From NCBI GenBank assembly GCA_951406725.2, contig OX597820.1, forward strand, positions 45,880,001 to 45,944,000: 64,000 nt of DNA, given 5' to 3'. The DNA comes from Octopus vulgaris (lineage: Eukaryota). Positions 56,181-64,000 of this stretch are shown here, piece by piece; position 1 is the first letter of the stretch, and the number at the start of each line of letters is the position of its first letter. The notes under the pieces are model-generated. The model was not told where the DNA came from and did not search any database. It saw only the letters and a list, made by a program, of their open reading frames with translations. A program made the position numbers and the translations under genes.

Positions 56181-56691
56181 TTACAGTGTCAAATTGGCCC
56201 GATAAACCACCTCAAGACCTACAAAGTGTAAAGCTGATAACAAAGTTATTAAAGATAAAATAATAAATTGATTAGACATTAAACAAATCATCGCTAATAT
56301 ATATATATATATATGAGTATGATTTTCATGGAGGGAATTGATCAAGTATGATGGACATAAATAAAACAGCATATATTCATAAGGGCTACAGGGCCATCTT
56401 TTTTATTTAGCAGGACGTGTGTATTGATGTATGTACTTATTTATTGATATAATTACTGTAATTCATTGTTTTGTTTCCATTATTCATTTAATTAACTAGT
56501 TGAACAAGCTATCAGAAGCAAAGCTTGAAGTCCCAACATAAACCAATATGTAAAAAAAAAAAAAAAATACAACAGCAAAGAAACAAAACAAAACAAAAAA
56601 GGATCTACTAAAAGTATTGAGTCCTTTCATCAGTAAAACATCAGATGACCTTCATAACTTTACATTTTAATATTTCTAACACTAATTAACA

Positions 56692-57280
56692 GGGCCGCGA
56701 GCTGGCAGAAACGTTAGCACGCCGGGCGAAATGCGTAGCCGTATTTCGTCTGCCGCTGCGTTCTGAGTTCAAATTCCGCCGAGGTTGACTTTGCTTTTCA
56801 TCCTTTCGGGATCGATTAAATAACTACCAGTTACGCACTGGGGTCGATATAATCGACTTAATCCGTCTGCCTGTCCTTGTTTGTCCTCTCTGTGTGTCGC
56901 CCCTTGTGGGTAGTAAAGAAATAGGTATTTCGTCTGCCGCTACGTTCTGAGTTCAAATTCCGCCGAGGCCGACTTTGCCCTTCATCCTTTCGGGGTCGAT
57001 TAAATAAGTACCAGTTACACACTGGGGTCGATATAATCGACTTAATCCGTTTGTCTGTCCTTGTTTGTCCTCTTTGTGTTTAGCCCCTTGTGGGTAGTAA
57101 AGAAATAGGTATTTCATCATTCTTTATGCTACAAGTTCAAATTCCACTGAGATCGACTTTGCCTTTCATTCTTTTTCGAGGTTGATAAAACAAGTACCAG
57201 TTGAGTACTGGACTCGATATAATCGACTTGGCCCCTCCCCCGAACTCGCTGGAGTTGTGCCAAAATTTGAAACCGATATT
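56692..57280 (+). mobile_element. Head-to-tail array of three SINE A units
   Basis: A full unit is followed by two units that each restart at GGTATTTC. Confidence 0.85.
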
Positions 57281-57381
57281 TCTAACATTAACAAGTATAT
57301 GTGTGTTTGTGTGTCTAAATAACTCGCCCTCATATAGAATCACGTAGGATTTTGTGGGAGAAGGACCCATATCTTTGCTCC

Positions 57382-57833
57382 TGAAATACTAAGAGTAACC
57401 ACAACAAAAACAAGAACTGCAATTGTGGCAGAAGCAGTAACAATAGTATGAGCAGTTTCTGCGAGGGTAGCTGCAGTAGCAGGGTTAACAGCAGTGAGCT
57501 ACAGTGGAAGCAATTACTGCGACACGACTGAGTATCTGTTTCTTTATTACCCACAAGGGGCTAAACATAGAGGGGACAAACAAGGACAGACAAACGGATT
57601 AAGTCGATTACACATCGACCCCAGTGCGTAACTGGAACTTAATCCCGAAAGGATGAAAGGCAAAGTCGACCTCTGCGAAATTTGAACTCAGAACGTAACG
57701 GCAGACGAAATACGGCTACGCATTTCGCCCGGCATGCTAACGATTCTGCCAGCTTGCCGCCTTAAATAATATTATTATTCAGGTTACTGTCTGGAATCAA
57801 ACTCGGAATCTTAGCCCACGAACTTAACCACAA
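57382..57833 (+). repeat. Near-identical direct duplication (about 450 bp) of 62275-62724
   Basis: The unique flank plus SINE is repeated with few differences. Confidence 0.9.
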
Positions 57834-58279
57834 ACACAGTCGAAAGCAAACACAGACCTCTTGATCTGAGCACGCTTGACCCAAGGATCTTTAAAGACGT
57901 TACAGCTGGATACTGTCTATGTGAATTTGGTAATTTATTTTATCGGTTTCGAAAAAACGAAAAAGCAAATCTGGTAACGGTAAGATTCGAAATCACATCG
58001 TACAGGACCAGAAGCATACCGTAAAAAGCACTGTGTCTGACGATTTAAGAAAATCCCCCAATCTCCTGCATCAAACAAAGTGTCGTATTTTATCAACTGC
58101 GAAACCTTAAGTAACTTTAAAGTTCATAAAATAAACTTTAACGTTTATCATTATCGATGTTAAAGTTGACTTCGGTTGGATTTGAACTGCGAACGAAAGA
58201 TTCAGAGCAAATGGATATACACAAACAAACGCACATAAGTTACACAAACAATCAAACATACTCATGCATGCGTTCTCTC

Positions 58280-58367
<88 letters not shown>

Positions 58368-58484
58368 GCACGCGCAGTTGCGCGCACACAGAGCTATTAC
58401 ATAAGAAAGATAAAGAGAATTTTCTGATATGCAGTTATTCAGAGAGACATTTACGTATGTATGCACATGTCTAGACGACCGCGC

Positions 58485-58594
58485 GTGTATGTATGTATGT
58501 ATGCATGTATGTATGTATGTATGTATGTATGTATGTATGTATGTATGTATGTATGTATGCGTGTATGTTTGTATGTATAAATATATATATCTAT

Positions 58595-58656
<62 letters not shown>

Positions 58657-58672
58657 ACATATATATATATAT

Positions 58673-58721
<49 letters not shown>

Positions 58722-58913
58722 CACACACACATATACACATATACACGCACATACACATATATATATATTACGCTTACTGACACACTCACAGAGAGGGAGA
58801 AAGAGAGACAGACAGACAGACAGACAGAGAGATAGAGAGAATAAAAGAAGGAATCGTGAAATGTTAAAGAGGAATTTACTGATATGAACTTATTCGGAGT
58901 CACATACAAATAC

Positions 58914-58946
<33 letters not shown>

Positions 58947-59795
58947 TGTATGTATGTATGTATGTATGTATGTATGTATGTATGTATGTATGTGTTGTGT
59001 ATGTATGTATGTATGAGTATGTGTGTATGTGTATGTACGTATGTATGTATGTATGCGTGTATGTGTGTATGTATGTATGCATGTATGTGTATGTGTGTAT
59101 GTATGCATGTATATGTGTATGTGTGTATGTATGTATGTATGTTTGTATGTGTGTATGTACGTATGTATGTATGTATGTGTGTATGTGTGTGTATGTGTGT
59201 ATGTATGTATGTATGTATGCATGTATATGTGTATGTATGTATGTATGTATGTGTGTGTGTGTGTATGTATGTATGTATGCATGTATATGTGTATGTGTGT
59301 ATGTATGCATGTATATGTGCATGTGTGTATGTATGTATGTATGTATGTATGTATGTGTGTATGTATGTATGTATGTATGTATGTATGTATGTATGTATAT
59401 GTGTATGTGTGTATGTATGCGTGTATGTATGCATGTATGTATGTGTATATGTGTGCATGTATCTAAGTATGTATGCATGTACGTATGAGCGCATGTATCT
59501 GTCTATCTATGTATGTATACACACACACAATTTGAAGTCATACACGTGTGCAAACACTAGTTCAAATAACACGCACGCAAGAAAGGGATAGGGAAACATC
59601 CAGGGGCAATCAGCTCGACAGCAACCTCAACAACCGCCATACATACATACATACATACATACATACATACATACATACATACATACATACATGCATGCAT
59701 GCATGCATACATACATACATACATACATACATAAGGTCGACATACAAAACATGCATGTGTGTGTATATATATGTGAGTGTGTATGTGTGTGTGTG

Positions 59796-59829
<34 letters not shown>

Positions 59830-59864
59830 CGCATATATATATATATGTATATACATATATATGT

Positions 59865-59912
<48 letters not shown>

Positions 59913-60110
59913 CATACATATATATATATATATACTTATGCATATATATATGTATATATATGTCTGTGTATGTATATGTATGTGCGTGTATGTATATATA
60001 TGCATCTGTATGTGTATGTGATGCATGTATATATATATATATATATGTACACGCACGCGCACGCACACAGACAGACACACACACACACATGCGCACGCGC
60101 ACACATACAT
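58485..60110. repeat. Large compound (ATGT)n/(TA)n/(CA)n low-complexity block
   Basis: Directly visible. Confidence 0.95.
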
Positions 60111-61427
60111 TATATGCCGTGTAAGTGAAAGAAAGCGAATACTAATGAGAAGACAAAGAGACGAACCAACCAGTCAGCCAGCCAGCCAGCCAGCGAAGCC
60201 AGCCTGCTAGTCAGACAAACAGCCAGACAAACAGACAGATCGACAGACAGGCATGCAGACAGGCAGGCAAGCCGACAGAGCAGTAGACTTGACAGAGAGG
60301 CAGTGACACTAAAAAGTAACGAGGACAATAATGCCAAGTTCAGGAAACGATATATATTTAGTCCGGATGTCTCCTCTTTTACTGCTTGATTAATTCGTCT
60401 GGTTCACATGGTCTAGGCATCTTTGGTTTGAAGGTCATGAAGGGATAACAACAACGATAGCAACAACAATAGTATCAAAACCTGCCACAGCAACAACAAT
60501 AGCAACAACAAGAACATATCAAAACTTGCCGCAACAATAATAACAACAAAGAAAAACCCGACAGAAACAACAATAGCAATAATAACATCAAAATCGACAT
60601 CAACAGCAATATCAACAAGATTAGTAAAACCTATAGCAACAACAAAAGTAAGAATAATATGAAAGACCTTCAGCTGCAACTTTAACAAGGATATCAAGAA
60701 TATCAAAACTTTAACAAGAATATCAATAACAATATGAAAACCTACCTCAGCAACAACGATAATACGAAAATCTGCAGTAATAAAGAAAAGGGTAAAGACA
60801 CCCTTCGGTTATGAACGACCTTGGGTTTGCACCTGGAAAGTTACCCACCGAGCCATAACTCCGGGCAAGGTTGTTTATGGAAGATGGGCAGTCACCCACG
60901 TGTACCAGCCTCCCCTCTCCACGACTCCAAGGAAAAAGCCGATACAGCTTGGTACCAGTGACGCTGCAACTAATTTCTACAGTTGAATGAACTAGAGCAA
61001 CTTGAAATAAAGTGTCTTGCTCAAGAACACAACATACAGCCTGGTCCGAGAATCGAACTCACTACCTCATGATTGTGAGCCCGACGCTCTAACCACTGAG
61101 CCATATGCCTTCATGATAATCTGCAGTAATAATAATAATAATAATAATGATAATAATAATATTGGTTGCAAATGTTGGCACAATGCCAGTAATTTCAAGA
61201 GAGGGGATATGTCAATTACATCGCTCCCTGTGCTCCACTGGTACTTATTTTATCGACCCCGAAATGATGAAAGGCAAAGTCGACCTCGGCGGAATTTGAA
61301 CTCTGAACGTCAAGAAGAACAAAATACCACCGAGCATTTCGCCCGTCGTGCTAGAAGATTCATTTTTATTGTTAAAATCGCAAGGATATATATATATATA
61401 TTGTGAATTCATCTTATATATATATAT

Positions 61428-61753
61428 AGGATGAATTCAGAAAAAAAAAATCCAAAACAAAAGACGAAGACAGGTGGTGCAGACAACAAACAGATGTATT
61501 TTAACGTTCGGAAAGTGAAAAAGTCTTTAACGTTTCGAGCCTACGCTCTTCCACAGAAAGGAACTCAGAAAGAAACAAGGTGAGAAAATAAAGAATGTGT
61601 AGTGGCTAGCGATCTATCATGGCGAATAACGGACCGAAGGGTCACACAGGAGAGCTAGGAAGAAGGGGAGATAATAAAGTAGTGGTGATCCCAAAACGAA
61701 GGTGCGCGTGCGTGTGTATAAGAGAGTATGTATGTGCGTGTGGAAGAGGGCTG
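61428..61753 (-). mobile_element. Penelope-type non-coding tail with minimal HHR-like motif at 61525-61560
   Basis: CUUU-CUGUGGA-A-GAGC-guag-GCUC-GAAACGUU-AAAG. Flanked by (TA)n, with a short inverted terminal copy at 61403-61414. Confidence 0.6.
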
Positions 61754-61767
61754 ATATATATATATAT

Positions 61768-62206
61768 AGAATCTTCGAACGGAGACGGTCAGTAGCGACA
61801 CCTGCAGGTCTGACTACGCTGCATTGAGAAGGGGCAACAACCCTGAAACATGTCTGTAGATGTCGGACTAGCAGGTTGAAGCGGCTGACCTCCCCTGTTC
61901 GAAGGTTTAATAACAGACGCAGTTTGTGTGTCAAGTAGCTAGCTTGAGGCGATGGATTCATGGAGCTAATCAGCGACAGCTTTATTCTTATTTTTAAGAA
62001 TGCCATATTAGTATGGCGATAACTATTAATTTCCAGAAACGCTGTCATAATCTCTTTTAAAGAGACCTAGTAATTTTAATATTTCTATTATTGAAAACAA
62101 GTGGATGTATTCCACCGTAACTAGGTAAATAGAATCTTCGAACGGAGACGGTCAGTAGCAACACCTGCAGGTCTGACTACGCTGCATTGAGAAGGGACAA
62201 CAACCC
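61768..62206 (+). mobile_element. Retrozyme-like 363-nt unit plus 76-nt partial repeat, in (TA)n
   Basis: 61768-61843 recurs at 62131-62206 with two substitutions. Non-coding and contains an HHR. Confidence 0.65.
61787..61890 (+). ncRNA. Type I hammerhead ribozyme, U3-A8 core variant, extended stem I
   Basis: CUGCA-UUGAGAA-GGGG-caacaa-CCCU-GAAAC-AU-GUC^-UGUAG. Stem I extends through GGUCUGAC/GUCGGACU, ACCUGC/GCAGGU and GGUCAGU/GCUGACC. Confidence 0.75.
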
Positions 62207-62211
62207 GGTCA

Positions 62212-62272
<61 letters not shown>

Positions 62273-62429
62273 GTTGAAATACTAAGAGTAACCACAACAA
62301 AAGCAAGAACTGCAATTGTGGCAGAAGCAGTAACAATAGTATGAGCAGTTTCTGCGAGGGTAGCTGCAGTAGCAGGGTTAACAGCAGTGAGCTGCAGTGG
62401 AAGCAATTACTGCGACACGACTGAGTATC

Positions 62430-62744
62430 TGTTTCTTTATTACCCACAAGGGGCTAAACATAGAGGGGACAAACAAGGACAGACAAACGGATTAAGTCGA
62501 TTACATCGACCCCAGTGCGTAACTGGTACTTAATCCCGAAAGGATGAAAGGCAAAGTCGACCTCGGCGGAATTTGAACTCAGAACGTAACGGCAGACGAA
62601 ATACGGCTACGCATTTCGCCCGGCATGCTAACGATTCTGCCAGCTTGCCGCCTTAAATAATATTATTATTCAGGTTATTGCCTGGAATCAAACTCGGAAT
62701 CTTAGCCCACGAACTTAACCACAACGCCACATGCCCGTTGCCAA
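62430..62744 (-). mobile_element. Composite SINE (extra tRNA-like head plus SINE A) with 16-bp TSD
   Basis: GACACGACTGAGTATC at 62414-62429 and 62745-62760. Confidence 0.8.
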
Positions 62745-63861
62745 GACACGACTGAGTATCACTACTGAAAAATCTGTAGTGGTAGCCGCATATGTTCTCG
62801 CTGTTTTAAGAAATGCGATTGTGACAGCCATTGCAATGACAGCAGCTGCGATTCTGTGGCTGCAGCAGGAGTAGTAAGAACGTTTTAGGTGTAACAATGT
62901 TAGCAGCAATTGCAGCTGTGACAAATGATGCAAAAATAACAACCAGTACTACACCATCGTATGTGACAATGTTGGTAGTAGCTTAAGCAGTCTCAGCTGT
63001 GACAAGCTATGCAAAAATAACAACTGTAACAGCACCAGAGTTCGTAGCAATGTTGGCAGCAGTTGTAATGATAGCGCTGTGACAAAAGCTGTGACAAAAG
63101 CTGTGACAATAACTGCCAGCATCAGTAAACGTAACAATGTTGGTAGCAATTATAGTGGCAACAGTTGTGACAATTGTAACAAAACAAATTCTGACAGCGT
63201 CAGTGAACATAGCAGTATCAACTATAGTTATAGTGACAAATGCTGTGACAACCGCATCAGTAAACGGAGCAATGCTGGTTGTAGTTACAGCGGCTACTGT
63301 TGTGACAGCTTCTGTAACAATACCAGTAGCAGTCAACATAGGAGTGTTGGCATTCATTACAGTGACTAAAGTTGTGACAGCTGTAACATTCACCGCCCCT
63401 TCCCTCAAACAGTAAGGCTGGAAGTGCTTGAATGATATTTATATTTGTTTCAATGGCAGTGTAGTTTAGAAGTTTGTTCCGTAAATCTGTGATTCTGGGT
63501 TTTATTCCACAATGCGCCATTTTGAGCAAGTGTCCTCTTCTACAGCCGTGAAATTTGGCAGACAGAAACTGAGCAGACTCCCCCCGCCCCCCAAAAATAT
63601 ATAAAAAAACAAACCATTAAATATGTTTTTCAAATACGAAGCTTTATAGTGTGTAGCTACCCGTTATATTTATACAAAGGTGATTAAAATGTCGCACCGA
63701 AGTAAATCGTGAAATTATGCAGCCATATTGTACAAATGTAATGACCTCATGTCATTCGTAAGTGTGTCGATTGTTTCACTCTGTAATTCGGACGAGAGCA
63801 ATTGTTGTTTCTGTGAGAACCTTGACAAAGCATTGATAAGAGGAGGAAATAAAGAAAGCAA

Positions 63862-64000
63862 GGCGGTGAGCTGGCAGAAACGTTAGCACACCGGGCGAAA
63901 TGCTTAGCGGTATTTCGTCTGCCGCAACGTTCTGAGTTCAAATTCCGCCGAGGTCGACTTTGCCTTTCATCCTTTCGGGGCCGATAAATTAAGTATCAGT
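63862..64000 (+). mobile_element. SINE family A, cut by the window end
   Basis: GGCGGTGAGCTGGCAGAAACGTTAGC...GAGTTCAAATTCC head. Confidence 0.9.

Noticed and set aside
56692-57280. Regularly spaced repeats resembling a CRISPR array
   Set aside because: Tandem SINE units in eukaryotic DNA, with no unique spacers or cas genes.
58284-60128. Many long HTYI/MYVC ORFs
   Set aside because: These are translations of ATGT/TA/CA microsatellites.
62760-63410. Overlapping Thr/Val/Ala-rich ORFs on both strands
   Set aside because: A degenerate trinucleotide/GTGACA-type low-complexity tract with no splice or domain evidence.

Overview
AT-rich, microsatellite-saturated eukaryotic DNA with no recognisable intact host protein-coding gene. 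The tRNA-derived SINE families and repeat landscape look like an octopus genome (from recall, not verified). Most long ORFs in the track are microsatellite translation artefacts. The window is a mosaic of transposon fossils: Tc1/mariner/maT, hAT, non-autonomous Helitrons, RTE, CR1/L2-like and L1/Tx1-like LINEs, a deleted Gypsy element, a cluster of R4/Dong elements in (TAA)n, and Penelope-like remnants. The main hidden signal is a set of type I hammerhead ribozyme (HHR) motifs in short non-coding elements lodged in (TA)n tracts. Two have intact canonical cores with unusually long loop II (787-875 minus; 26820-26898 plus). One is a U3-A8 core variant with a long stem I inside a 363-nt 1.2-mer tandem unit resembling a retrozyme (61768-62206). 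Several degenerate or variant copies also occur. Other points of interest: an ORF1-only non-LTR element inserted about 30 bp downstream of an LTR TATA box, which shares a 3' tail with a Tx1-like LINE and a SINE family; and a cluster of three DR2 nuclear-receptor-type elements. All structures were read by eye. No folding, alignment or database search was run, and TE boundaries are approximate.
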